From assembly GCA_025786725.1 (NCBI GenBank), contig JAHLTZ010000006.1:744001-808000 (forward strand): DNA of 64,000 bases. The letters are read 5' to 3'. Under the pieces are notes generated by a model. The model was not told where the DNA came from and made no database searches. It saw only the letters and a list, made by a program, of their open reading frames with translations. The translations under genes and the position numbers were made by a program. Shown piece by piece: positions 24,891-38,438 of the stretch (the stretch's first letter is position 1; each line of letters begins with the position of its first letter). The stretch comes from Syncephalis fuscata S228 (Eukaryota > Fungi > Zoopagomycota).

Positions 24891-26578
24891 TTATTGACTG
24901 CCTAGCATGTCACGTAGCACAGAGACACGCTGTTCAAGCATTTGCAGCCATTCACGACGTTCCATCTCCGAGCAATGAGTTACCGCATCCATGAAATGTT
25001 GTTCATCATTTGCAAACGACATAAGCAAATCAAATGAAGCGGTAGATGCCGTCGATGGAGTTGTTTCGTCCAATGGCTTCGTAGCAGTACTACTATCGCT
25101 ACTGGTCAATTGTCGAGGTGCTAAAGTCGGTGAGTTGCTACCGCTACATGCAGGTGTGGACAATAAGGTGCTACTGGTCGTATCAATGGCCGGTGTTGGC
25201 CATTCTCGACGACGACGCTGGTAGCGCGACTGGTGCAATGTAGCCGGACGTGGACATTTGTGCAATTTCTCGTAGAGTCCACAAGCGTTACAAATCACCT
25301 GACCCATCATATTCTTCCTCCAGAGCGGTGTTTGATTCTGGCCACAGTTCTGGCATGTCTGGCCACTGTGTACACCATGGCTGGACATCATGTGGTCAGC
25401 TGTAAAAGCTGAATTGTTGATATCCATGCATGGTGGTGTGCTAGGATGGGTCGTTGGTGCTGAAGACACCATGGGACTAAGCATACGGTGTTGCTGTGCT
25501 TTGGGCGACGATGGTTCAGATACAATTGGCTTGTGTGTTCGTTGTACCTGACCGTTGTTGTACGGATGTATGCGCTTGGTCGAGTTCGCTGTAGTGCTAG
25601 TTGCACGGCCATCACGCAGTGTCACTGGACGATAGACACCGTACTGCTTAAAGTATAGACCGCATGCATTGCACAGTGGATGAGCACGGTCAATAGTACG
25701 ACGCCACAATGGCGTTTCTGTGACATGGCAGTTATAGCACTCCATATTGCGCACCTGCATGTTGCGTCTCTTCGTTTTGACTGGACGGTGCATAGACGGC
25801 GGTGGTCCTTCATCTTCCGAGCCAGAACTAAACGTATTCATAGCATGTGGTACTTGGACCGAGGCTGTAGATCCATTCGATACCATAGATGGCTGGGACG
25901 ATGTCGCCGTATTGGTAAACGATTGAGAGGCTAGCATAGCAGCAGCAGCTTGTTGAGCCGAAGAAGCAATAGCCAACAAATAGGATGAATCTATATCTAG
26001 GTTGGGCATGGTCGATTGTGGTGGCGGTGTAGTAGCATTGTCATTATTATGGGTCGATTGCGACAGAGCCGAGGCTGGAGCAGGTGTCGGTGAACCTTCA
26101 GTTGAAAATAGACTCTGGCTAAATAGCTGACTCCAGTCAGCCAGATCGACCAGCGATAAAGAAGGGGAAGCTAGGGGACTGGTGTGAATATCGGCATTAG
26201 CTGGCGATTGACTACCAGTGGGAGAGGATGCGGCCGGTGATGGCGAATCCGACGAATAGTCTAGCGGTGAGCCAGGCATAAGCATTAGTGAGCCAAACTG
26301 ATCATTCGTTGAGTTCGTGCAATGGCCGATGTGGTGGCAGCAACCAAGGCAGCGGTCGAATCAGCATTCAACGACGTCCAGCGCAACCAATCATCGTCAT
26401 TGGTAGCCAGGCTGGACGGAGTAGATGAGTTGACCATGGCTGTTGCCGTAGTTGGCATCTGTTCTGTTGTGCAGTTTGATGCAGCCGATGCGGCAGCGGC
26501 AGCGGCAGCAGCCATCAACAAAACAGACTCAGAGGACATTGTCATGCCTAGGAACGGATCGTTGCAGGCAGAGTTCAT
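24891..26578 (-). CDS. GATA transcription factor with two zinc fingers (apparent frameshift ~26290-26320)
   Basis: Fingers CYNC-X18-CNAC and CQNC-X17-CNAC, both containing TPLWR. Upstream ORF 26578-26285 has the same composition and abuts the main ORF. Confidence 0.92.
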
Positions 26579-29500
26579 AATGTAAAGTTAACCACGCGAC
26601 GTATCGATGGATCAACTAGAAAAAAATGCAATGGGATGTAAAGCAGTAAAGAAGTAGGCAGCAGCGGTAAGTAGACCAGCAGAGCAGTATCTAAAATATA
26701 GAAAATCAAGTACAGGTTTTAGGCGGTAGAGCTAGCACGCACGTAGTGGTGGTGGGCCAGAGAAGAAGAGCAGTAGTAGACGACAAGCAATAGGTAGGTG
26801 GTGGATGCGCGCGTAAGCAGCAGCAGCCAAAGATTTTTAAAGCAATAAACGAACAAGTAAAAGACTAGAAAGTTGTAACTATTCAGGTAGAATAGAGCAG
26901 ATAAATCTTGCTATAAAGTTAAAGAGTGATTAGTGTTCAATCAACGTCGTTTCCCACGTGGCCACTGGCAGTGAAGTAGAAGAAACCCATGGTGAAGAAA
27001 GAGAAGAGCTTGCGCGAGGCATAAGCTTTAGTAAGTATATGTAAGTAATCACTTCTTAGCGAAAGAAGTGAAAGACTAAACGGTGTTCAATAAAAAAAAG
27101 ATAATAAAACGATAACGGGTTCTCTTGTAGCTTTACGAGAACGGAATGTAGACTGATAACAGTATTTAGAAAGCCATGGCGACGGACCGAGCAATGGTCG
27201 GCGTAGTGCAACAGTATTGAGAATAAGAAGAAAAAGACCAAATGGGTTAAGGAAGCGGAGAAATGGGCGCGCACCTGTAGCGGTGGGCTTTTATGATATG
27301 GCACTAGAGCCTAGATTGGCACATCGCTTCAAAGTCTCGTCTGGGTAAAGGAAAAGACCGGAACGAATATAGCAAGGATGTAGAATGCCTGCCACCATAT
27401 GCGGCGTATCAAGCAACAATTATTAGCCAATCAGCGCAACTTTGTCAGACACGAAACCAGTCGTCGTAAAAGGCAGAAAAGGAGGCGTAGGAAAGAAACA
27501 AAAGACAAGACAAGACAAGACAGGACAATTATCGGTTTATGGATGAATGAACAAGCTGTTGTGATATGGGCTGTGACCATCAAATTGGTTAGTAGTATGG
27601 CGTGTGTTCATAGTAGATCTCTTTTCTCTTGCACACACGCGCCAAATGCATCAGTGTCATCAATGTTATTTTACGGGCATACTGATAAGGCTACGCGGGA
27701 CATCATTCTAATTCAAGGTGAAAGGCTATCGTTAATGTACAGATATACCTCACCAGTTCACCAGTTTTGGCAAAAAAGTAAAAATAAAATTATTTTGTAG
27801 ATTATTGCCCCATACACATCATGAGAAGAATTCGATGCTTATCACTTTTGTAGTTCCGATAACCGTGCCACCAAATTTCTCACCATTATTCTACGATATG
27901 AGAATAGATTTGTACAGTGGCACTCCTCTTATAGATAGAGAGATAATAAAGATTTGTATATGCGGTAGTTTTACTCTTGTTCGCTTAATGTGTATAATGT
28001 GCGTGTGTGTGCGTTTTCTAAACGGGTTGCCTCGGCTTTGCATGTGATTCTGATACTAGGTATTTCTATGGGCCTAATCGACACGCCTTGAGTTCAACTA
28101 TTGTCAGGCATTTTGCAAAATAGACAAATAAACATGAAGACCATCGGTATTTACCGAGCACAAATGAATGACATGGATGTGACGCGATACGCGTTATTAA
28201 CAACACTAATAATACATTTGGCACTTGTTCAATAAACTAGAAATAATGCTGTTGTTGGATCAATACAATACATTGGCGGCCATTGCAGTTTTCGTGGCCA
28301 TTGTAGCATGATGTTACAATACAGTTGCTCTAATATCCAATCAATACTCGCTATTGAATGACGACATCGGCGGAGTGGAATGTGAATTAATGGCGTGTGG
28401 ACGTGAATGTGTGCCGCCCTTGTTGATTTGTTGTTATTGTTGCGGTTCTGTTACTGTGTTTTCCTCCGTTTTGGTTGTTCCGGTTCTTTATTGCACATAT
28501 ACTAGTATGTGAGTGCATTTGCTATTCTTCAAGTAACAACGGAGTCTGGATAAAACAGCTATGTTTTCGTTATTCGGTAGTGCCATGCCGATAATTAAAC
28601 TATAGGCACGTGAATGTATTTACAAATGTAGGCAATTGCATTGTAATTCACAATATTGAACGATGTTTAGTGACGATACTAGTTGGTTGGTTGGTTAATA
28701 GCAGAAATAACGCAGTTAGCTATAGAGCCAATCAATGGCCAATATTATCTAAAGGCGCATTAATTGGTTGCAGGTGGTCTGTAACAATGTATAAGGGGCA
28801 GGTCTCAACATCTGCTGCCACACCGATGGATGACTAGCAAATACTGCCGTTGATTTGGACAATTACAACGAGTTGCAAGGTCAGTTGCCGGCATGGGGTG
28901 TAACGTGTCACCCGACAAGTGCCGTCTAGGTGCATGTGAGCATACTGTAACAAAAAGCTGTAAAGTGCCAACCGTCTTGGTTAGAAATTGTGTGGATATT
29001 GCAGCGCTCATTTGCTCGTAGGTTGGCAAGCAGGCTAGCAGGCTTACAGTAGCTAAATCCCACGGTATGGCAATAACATTGCCCAAAGATGGATGACTCA
29101 ACCAAATATTACTTGTGCAGATTAAACAATAATTACACTATGCGTTATTAACTAATATCGTGCGACAATACTATTAGCACATAATGAGTCACAACTACAA
29201 GATGATGGGATAGAATACAGATAGAAATAAAATACAAACAAAGGATTACATCTCCGAATAGCTTTATCCTCTGGTGCTTTATATAAGTATTTAAAAAGAT
29301 TGGATCAAATAGGAATGAAGCTGATATAATAGATGACGCTATAGATGATCAGAATGACGGAAATAACAAAAGATTTGATCATCTTTTTCTATCTAGCGAA
29401 TTAGTGAAAGATCTTTAGCTGATCAGATGGTGTGATGTTGATTGGCACAAATCCATCTATATTCGTATTTGCAAATGGATTGTTTCAAATCATTCTATTA

Positions 29501-29890
29501 GCACGCCAGATGGTGCCATTTTATTTAGTAGATTGGATTATTACTGTTAAATTGTTACTGTGAAATAATAAGTAATTAATCGTAGAATTAATCGCACAAC
29601 ATTATTATTTAATTATTTATACAAGATAGAGATCATTATTAAATGCTAATTAACTTTAATCTGATTAATATGAATGGATACGATTGAACAAAAAGAGAAC
29701 TACAAAGAAAACAATAAGTATATATAATCGTTAATGTTAAAATGAAACTACAAATAGAGAGTGAGAAATAGAGAAAAAAGAATAGAAATAAATGATACGT
29801 TAGGTAGATGCAAATAGTAGTATTGACAAAGAATAAAATGAAGAATAAATGGATGGTTATTTGTGTGAGTGTGTATGTACGGCATCATAC

Positions 29891-31945
29891 CTATTGCTCT
29901 CGAGATCGTTTTCGACCAATAATGACGGTTAGAATAATATACGCCTGGCAAGCAATGACCTCTTGTTCAAGTGCTTCCATTAATCGGTCCAATTCTTGTT
30001 CTGCCTCTTCGTTAGTAGAAGCGATGCTATCGCTGCCTAAAAGTCGTAGACGTGCCCGTTCCATAAAGACCACGCCCAGATGCATCATCGATTTAACTGA
30101 TGTGCCCGAGTTGGGCTGTTTGGGCGTTGCAGTGGTCAATGTAGTAAATGGTGTGGGTGGCAAGCCATACGTCAATGGATTGTTAATGTCATTGTCGTCC
30201 GTATCATTGGAATGGTATGACATTGGTAAAGGCGATGCCGTTTCTGTAGTTGTAATAATCGGCATATTTTGGTGTTAATAGCCGGCACATGAGATGGTCG
30301 TCGGATATTTTTGTTCGCCCACTATTGGTCAATGGCGTTTCGTACGATGATGATCTTAGCGGTAATGGTGTAGGATAGTCGGATGCCGTATGGACTGGTG
30401 CGGCTGCTGTGGTTATATTATTAACATTGATTTCACTTTTTTGTAACTCTTCACGAATGACTGCTACTAGCTCGTCTCGTCGACTAGCCACTAGATTTTT
30501 AAGATAACGCCAACTGGCTACACCCATTGCACTGGTACCGCTAAGTGGTACAAGCCAGTTGCGATGGCGTACATCACGCCAGCCACACTCAAGCATCTGA
30601 AGAATGACCTTCGATGATGCGCCGATTCAGTGTTGGCCGATTGAGGATTGGGGCCGACAGCCGATGGCAATTCACTCGAGGCAATAGGCGCCGACAAGAT
30701 GGGAAAGGCAGTCGAGGCAGTGATGATCTCATAGCCGGTGCAGAGGTTGTTGAGCCGCCACTACCGGTCGTTGAAGGTGTAGGCAGTGCCGACCATGGCT
30801 GTTGGGCCGAGTTAACGCTATATCTGGCAAAAGAACCGCTGGTATGCTTGTCCTTTGAGCCACTGCGTCTGCGTAGGTGAACACGTCGTCGTTGCTCGAC
30901 ACGGTCCATCCATTTGTTGAATCGATAAGCAATGAATGATCCGCTGTGAATGTGGGCGTCAGTGCCCATCAATTCTAGCCAGCCACCGGGTGAGCAGATG
31001 TTATAGCAACGGCCAAGATGTAGTTCCCAGTCAGTAGATGGTGCCGTATTTAAACGTGTAGAACTACTACGACTTAGTTTTCTCTCCAGTGTAACACTCT
31101 GGCTAGATCTTTTTCGGACAGATTGGCAGCTTGTACCACTAAGAGGAACCGTACCAAGTGGTAGCCAGTGATGTCGAATATAGTCAAAACTATCGTTAGT
31201 AAAAGGGAGATCTAGAATAAATTTAGTTTTTAATATTAATAATAATGGAATTACTTACTTTTTGAAATATCAACTTGCTCAAACCGACAATTGGTCGGCA
31301 TTAGATCTCGTGGTAGTGACCGTGAGTCAATGTCAACACCTAAGAATTCACAATTTGGAAAATTGCTGCTTGTTTCCTAGATATAGCGATGACCAAGTTA
31401 GTGTGCTGACAAAGATAGTAGCTATAAATACTCACCAATACCCAAATGCCAGTGCCAGTAGCTAAATCCAGGCAGCTACGCGGCTGCTCAATTGGTACGT
31501 GCATGGTAAGACCAGTTACCAGTTGCAGAAAATAGTGTTGTTGGTCAAATCTATTGTAACAATGAATGTTAATAAACAGCCAATCAGAACATATTAATCA
31601 TCAACATTACCGATCTGCTTCGGCAAGTTCTTCTGGCGTGGAACGGCGTGGAACTACAGTGCCAGGACTCGTTACGGAAGTTCGAGTCGTCAGCTGAGAT
31701 ATTCGACGGGAGGTATCGTAGCTTCTGCTAGATCGAGACATATCTGTCGGCATTGTATCCGATCGCCGACGTTTTTTGCTACGAATTTTAAAAGGCCGTG
31801 CTGTTTGCGACTCGAGTGTCGGGTCGATTTGTGTCAGTGCAGTGTCATGGCTTAGGCTAGGACGATGGGTAGATCGGCGTTTGGTCCGTAGCATTATCAT
31901 TGGGCTGCCGACATTTTGCTTAAATTTGGACAGTCGACTGCCCAT
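29891..31945 (-). CDS. LaeA-like class I SAM-dependent methyltransferase with low-complexity insertions (several apparent frameshifts)
   Basis: EADRFDQQHY, CLDLATGTGIW, CEFLGVDI, LPFTNDSFDYI, SPGGWLEL; C-terminal IIGRK. Confidence 0.8.
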
Positions 31946-32759
31946 AATAATAATAACAATGATATTGATAATAAAAAGAAAACTAAACGAAATGGATAGG
32001 CATGTAGCAATAGTAGCGCCGATAGCAAAAAGTAAACTAAACTCAAATAACTACAGCTGTCAAGACAAATAAAGAACGGCGATTATCAGGTACTATTTAT
32101 TGGATAACTACAAAGAAAATGGTGCCACGCCTAGTTACATATCAATGTGTATCAAAATAGAAATGAAATGGCGTCTTTATTTAAATTTCTATTGTTGCCA
32201 AATGGCGGCCCGTGTAAAACATGCATCATTAACGCATGCATCGCGTGAATGAATGAATAAAGGCGAGCAAGCAAGTAATTGAGAAATGCAGACAGGCAAA
32301 CAGGCCAATAAACTAGTGGATGGAGAAACGAAGACGAGAAATACACTATGACCGTGAATGTGTGTGTGTGTAGCGATCAACATTTGTGCTACGTTGAACC
32401 ATTCGCCTTCCTTTGCCATAGGCGCTGGAATGGAAAAACTAAATCTTTTAATCCGCATGCCACTAACATACATACACACACGCACACACATGAATAATGA
32501 TTTGGACTAACGAAACCGGTACACAAATTAGTGGTATTGCATAGTGGGCATGGGTCATTTTCAGATAATGCGATGGAGCTTTTTTGGCACTCTGTATACT
32601 TTTTTGTATTATTATTATGGTAACTTTATGTTTTAGGCACAAAGAGAGTCGCGCCCACATAACACATCATTATTTCATTGATTGGCCGAGCACCAGTAAT
32701 AACTTAATAAAAATTTGATATACATCGACAACCAGTAGAACAAAGTAGTAACAGGGGGG

Positions 32760-33410
32760 AGTGAGGTACTGTTTTTGACGATGGTGATGCTGCTGATGCT
32801 GTTCCTCCTGCGTAGCTGCCGCTGCCATTGCAGCCGCTACTCCTGCTACAGATGATGCATTTTGAACGGCTCATGTGCGTAGAGCTACATCAGTACTAAC
32901 CGGTTCAAGTGGTTGGCGCTAGCATTCGTATTCTGACGTGGATTACACATAGCCATGCTAATTGATTTTGCGTATCATTGGCGTAGTCGTTGCTTCTCTC
33001 TGCAGTACATGATGTAAGGTGCACCTAGCCTGCATGGTAGAGAAAATACACAATTAACGCTCCAATAAGGTACTTTCTAACATGCAAGCTCCGTCGTTGC
33101 CGTTGTTGCCGCTGTAACTGCTGTTAGCGTAACCGCAATGATAACGGCCAAATAGCTGTAGCTGATTGTTCACGAGGTTGCGTGCGCGCATTGTTAACTT
33201 CCTTCCACCATTTGATCCATGTGTCATGACGCCACTACCATTGCTGCATCTATTGCCGTTGAAACTATAATGGCTACTCTTTATCGCCGTGGTCACAATA
33301 GCTATCATGCGTGTCCTACCGTTCGTCATGTTACTATAGATATGCAGCTACAGCCACGCGCCTGTTTCTTTTGTTTGTCTTTATGCCATTCGGCGAATGA
33401 TTCAAAATAG
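32760..33410 (-). pseudogene. Decayed Gln/Arg-rich gene relic
   Basis: Coding-like GC content, an intron-like segment at ~33072-33030, and a Q/R-rich frame interrupted mostly by TAG. Confidence 0.35.
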
Positions 33411-34209
33411 TAATGACATTCTTTGATTAATTGCCAGATTTGTACATCATTTAACGTTTGCCGCGCCTCGACTTTGAATGCGCGACATAATGAAGCTATT
33501 CAAAATAACACATAATGCAATGACGTTTGAGTGGAATATTCGGACATCAAAAATGACCAATATGCATGCGGACATGCTGGCTGCAGAATTATAGACTGCC
33601 CTTATGTCAAAAATAACGGCTGTCCGCCCGTTGGTTCAAAATAAATCCGCTCACGTTACGCCTATGGCTGGCCGTGCATGGTACAGATATTACGGCCCGG
33701 CGTAGCATCATAGCTAGCTGAATGGCCCAAATAACCGGTTATCCAAGCAGACTTATAGCAAAAAGTGTTCATTTATTGCTACTATTCACTTCAGCCGGTT
33801 TGTATGGCAATGAAATCAATGTGTTTCAATTTTTACATTGTGCTAACCGGAATCAACAAGTGGTTTGTGGTAGGATGTTGTGAAAATATTCGATTTTAAT
33901 AGTTAGTTATTTATTAATAAAATGTCATATGGTAAAACAGTTGAAACAAAATAGCGCCAAATAGAGTTTTTAAGTATCTTTAGCCATATATTTGCATATT
34001 TTAATAAATTCAAGCAATTTAAAAGCTATTTTACGACATTTTAGTTACATTAATTAAATAAATACCTAAACGGATTGATGGTATAACATAGAAATAGATA
34101 ACGTCTTATCAGATGATTTGAAATCCGACTTTTGTCTATTCTGTTATTGCTTTTTACTTATCGGAAGTACCTCAACCTTTCCATATTCTGTCCAGTTACT
34201 GTTATCTTT

Positions 34210-35411
34210 ATGACCGTATTAAAAGCTGAGAATATAACGCGCACCAAGGACGACGGTACTCCACTGTTTCGCGAGGTGTCATTTGGTGTAGAAGATGGCG
34301 AGATTCTAGTGATTCGTGGACCAAGCGGTGTTGGGTAGCTACAAAAGTATATTTAACATGTATATGGTCATATTAACTCGGTATTTATTAATAAAACCGG
34401 TAGTAAATCAACAATGTTGCGCTGTATTGCTCAATTAGACGATTTGACGATGGTTCGATAACATTAGATGGACAGTAGGTTTTTAATAGAAAGGATTGAT
34501 GCTGCAATTTAATTGATATTCAATACGACAATTGACTAGAATGCCAGATGATTTTGGTATTCCTGTTTGGCGTACTCATGTTGCCTATGTACCTCAACGG
34601 CCAGGTAGTTACTAGAGTGTAGTTTAGACGTACAGAACAGCTAACGTGATAATGCACCTCAATAGCCACACTTCCAGGAACACCGCTTGATTTCTATAAG
34701 CGAGTGTGTACGTTTGCTGCTCAACGACAGCGTTTAAAACAGCTAGCTATCAAACGTGCTGCTGCCACTGCCCCCTCTGAACATACACATCTCACTACAG
34801 ACAATAACAATAAACATACAGCTAATAACACTGGCACAGAACCAGTCAATCAGGATGCTATACTTACAAGTCCAGTAAGTCGGCTGCTATCCAATAATAA
34901 GGTATTTAAATAAGCTAAAACACCTTTGATTATTATCTAGATTGACGTGGGATTAAAATGGAATCTAAGCGAGTCCGTCTGGCATGCCGACTGGTCACGT
35001 CTATCAGGTGGAGAGGCACAACGGGCATCGCTAGCAATTGCTGTAGCATTGGAGCCAGAAATACTTTTACTTGATGGTAATGACAACACTATAATAATTG
35101 GAATAGCAATTGATATAGCTGATTTATTAAATAACACGATAGAGCCAACAAGTGCACTTGATCCAGAAACATGCCGACTGGTCGAGGACACCATACTATC
35201 TCGCAGTGGCGGTTGTATTTGGATAACCCACGATCCATTACAAGCTGATCGTGTAGCTACACAAATCCTTACTTTACGCCGCCTGGCCGAAGGCGGTGCT
35301 GGAGGCGAAGCATACCAAGTATCACAAAATCAATATGGTACATTTAGATCCACCAACACCGACTGTACTATCACGATCGAACCAGACATTCCATTCAAAA
35401 TAGTGTCTTAA
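34210..35411 (+). CDS. Stand-alone ABC ATPase (single NBD, no TM domain), FetA/YbbL / plant STAR1(ABCI17)-like
   Basis: Walker A GPSGVG|KS, Q-loop YVPQ, signature LSGGEAQR, Walker B/D-loop LLLD|EPTSALD, H-loop WITHD. About 5 introns. Confidence 0.88.
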
Positions 35412-35442
35412 TACATTCATGCTAGTACTAAAATAAAGTTTA

Positions 35443-37299
35443 TTATTCTTGAGCGACCATTGTCCATCCACGTCGACGTAGCCGCGGTTCTTTGCGTGCC
35501 CATAGCTCGAGCAAACGAGTTCCTACCATGCCGGTTACTTCGTCGTGTTCGCTGTAGCAAGCACCAGGCAACATCGTCTCCATCATCGTGTAGGTAAATG
35601 CGGGCTTTTCCTCAGTAAGGTCGCCTAGCAGTGCAAATAATGGTTACTATTGTTTACCAATGCTAGTCAATTAACAATACCTTCTTTGTAAGGCTTGATA
35701 AAATCAAATACACAATCCGGGCTACGCTGATGTCTTAGATCAATCTCGCCTCCTTCCTGTTGTTTATAGTTATTATGTAGAATTAATTGTCAACTGATAC
35801 CATTTATATGCTATTCATGTGCATTACCTTACGGAAAATAAGCAGAGTTGCTTTCGAGCGAGCAAAATGTGCCGATGACTGTTTTACAATGCGGTTATCT
35901 GGTGTCTTTTTAATCCAACAAAAGTTTTCTACGTATTTAAATCCCCATTTCATTGCCACGCGTACTACTTGGGCCAGTAGTTCTTTTTCAGCCCATATAA
36001 ATAGAAATCCATAGCGAATCAACTGTTCCACCTTAAGCGTCGACTGATGTGCAATAAATGATCTGTATTAGTAGTGCTATCTCTATTTAATAAATACGTA
36101 CAAATTGTTCTACAGTTAGTTTCCCTGGCGTTGCTGGCTCATTGGGTAGCAGCAATGGGGGATCCATATAGATGGCATGATATCCATTTCCTAGCATGTC
36201 GGTATTCACATCTAGTACATTGGATACTTGATGGTAACTAATAGTCAATATAAACAATATTTATCGTTAAACATCTTTTATTTGATTATGCTATTATACA
36301 TACCGATATCCATCTGATACAGATTGCTCATATTCTTCTAGCGTAATAATGCGATGTGCCCAGGTGGCAGGAATTGGCTTTGGAATACGAATATAAGTGG
36401 GTAACTTGGGTCGATAGTACTGACACACGTCCAAATCATTACAACAATTGTTAATATTAGCCAATTCATTAGCAACTGTACTTACCTGACTTTCTTTTTA
36501 ACTAAATGATAATTGCCCTGCTGATCTTGTACTCGTACTTGCATTGTGCGATATCGTTGTAATACACTATCACGATCCATCATACGTCCATTTCCACCAC
36601 CACCATTATTGCCACTGCTTCCTTGTCCGCCAGTCCGACGTGCTGGACGAGGTCGTCGTGCAAGTGCTGCTGGTCCAAATACCTCATCCCAGTAATCTTC
36701 ATCCATAAATAAATAGTCACTAATAAATGCAGCATTATGAAGTTATATATACACCATTCTATTATTGAACTAATAGCTACATACTCATTTTCTTCGTAGT
36801 CTCCGTCAAACTCGGATCCCTCCATGTCCATACGTAGTAGATCCAATTCATCAAGCATATCGCCATCCTCATGCGTTCTTCTCTGTGCTGCACGAACTGT
36901 AAAGGCGCTAGTTCGTTTAAACACCTCTTCTAACTGCTCCTGAGTAAAGCCAGTACCAATGGCGTCTTCACTGGCGGTTATTGCAGCAATCATGTCTGCA
37001 GTTTCGGGATCAAGCGACATGGGGTCCTCTACATCTGTAACAGGATCGCTCATGCCCAGTGCCGTTGTCATTGTTGTTGAGCCGGCCGTTGCAGCAAATT
37101 CCTCTTGAAGCCGCTCTAGTTCTTCAAACTTTTTCATAATTGCCTCAACTGACTCGCCATCTTCGACATAGCCAACATAGTGAGCATTGCTATGGTAGTT
37201 GTTATAAACCACATAAATACTTTATTAAGAATATGAATTCCAAACTATTTACCTAATCTCTGCCGTTTTTCTCTTACGTCGAGTGCGACGTTCTGCCAT
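35443..37299 (-). CDS. MT-A70 family adenine methyltransferase subunit, probably non-catalytic (MTA9-like)
   Basis: YHAIYMDPPL, GFLFIWA, WGFKYVENFCWIK, KATLLIFRK, HQRSPD, EKP and LLELWAR..GW. N-terminal YVGYVEDGESVEAIMKKFEELE. Confidence 0.85.
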
Positions 37300-37708
37300 A
37301 GTAAATATTGGAAATGGAAACAAAATGCAAAAAACGCGTAAAAAACAATAAAGATAGTGTTTTATTGATAGAGCGAATATAAAAATACAAGTGTAATAAA
37401 GATCAAATAACAATAAAAATTAGTACATTTTAAAGACAAATGTAATTATAATATGTTATCATTGATGCAATAGAACAAACGCGTATAAAATATATTTATA
37501 TATACTGGGTCAATGTTGCTATTATAAATATCAAATGGTTATTATTGTAATAATAATGTTATATAGCAGATGTACATGATGAATATGGCGGCTATACGCT
37601 ACCAAAGCCCAGTATGTTTTATTTCGCTATAGATTTGCAATAGTTTATAGCAAAAAAACATATAGTAAAGTCAATGATGCACTTACTATGTCAGTAAAAG
37701 TGTTAACG

Positions 37709-38035
37709 GCAATGATCAGAGCAAGGAAAGTGATTTGCAAAAAAAGGTCAGATTACAAAAGAGCAATGCAAGTACATAGTGTAGAAGGTGTTTGTACATA
37801 ACTAGTAGCCAGTCAACTACTGACACTATTTAGATGGTATATATGGAGTGTACAAGTATATGCAATGGATATATGCTATCAAGTGTAAAGAAAGAGAAAG
37901 GAAGTGTGATGACGTAGATTGTGAGATGTAAACCTGTCAGTCAATATTTATAGACAGTTGAGTTTAATTGATTAATAAATGGAGTGTGAAATAATAAAAG
38001 TCGATCTACCCAACATGTCAGTACATCATAGAACA
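37709..38035. repeat. ~325-bp near-identical dispersed direct repeat, copy 1
   Basis: gcaa(t/c)gatcagagcaaggaaagtg...gtacatcatagaaca matches 44176-44496. Confidence 0.95.
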
Positions 38036-38062
38036 GATTAATAGTAAATGAATAAATGCATC

Positions 38063-38260
38063 AAGAATAAAAGTTATTTACCCCCAAAACTACTCATTAT
38101 TATAGAACATATATTCAGTATAATGGCGAATGTAATAAAAGATCAATTAAAAGAACAAAAGTCATTTTACCCCTAGAACCACTCATTATTATAGAACATA
38201 TATTCAGTATAACAGCAAATGTATTAAAAGAATAAAAGTCATTTGACACCAAAAACCATT
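38063..38260. repeat. Local tandem repeat, ~2.5 units of ~80-88 bp
   Basis: aagaataaaagt(t/c)att...actcattattatagaacatatattcagtataa repeated. Confidence 0.8.
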
Positions 38261-38438
38261 AAAATAAAACATACCAATTCTCACCGCATTATAGAAGATA
38301 GAGCAATAATTTATATACTAAATAAAAAACATTACATTATTTATTAATAACACGCAAACAAAGCAATGAATAGATGAAATGAAACAGCTAAGTACATAGA
38401 TGGTTAGTATTATGGTTTGTATAATCATTAGTGAGTTC

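Noticed and set aside
10070-26320. Programmed frameshifting or pseudogenisation in 7TM copy 2 (~10078), myosin I (~20205, ~20570-20595, ~21240) and the GATA factor (~26300)
   Set aside because: Isolated 1-nt indels occur across many unrelated, otherwise intact conserved genes, often in short homopolymers. Long-read consensus error is the simplest explanation; read mapping would confirm it.
32760-33410. UAG-to-Gln genetic code reassignment
   Set aside because: Intact genes here terminate at TAG (14625, 17464) and contain no in-frame TAG.
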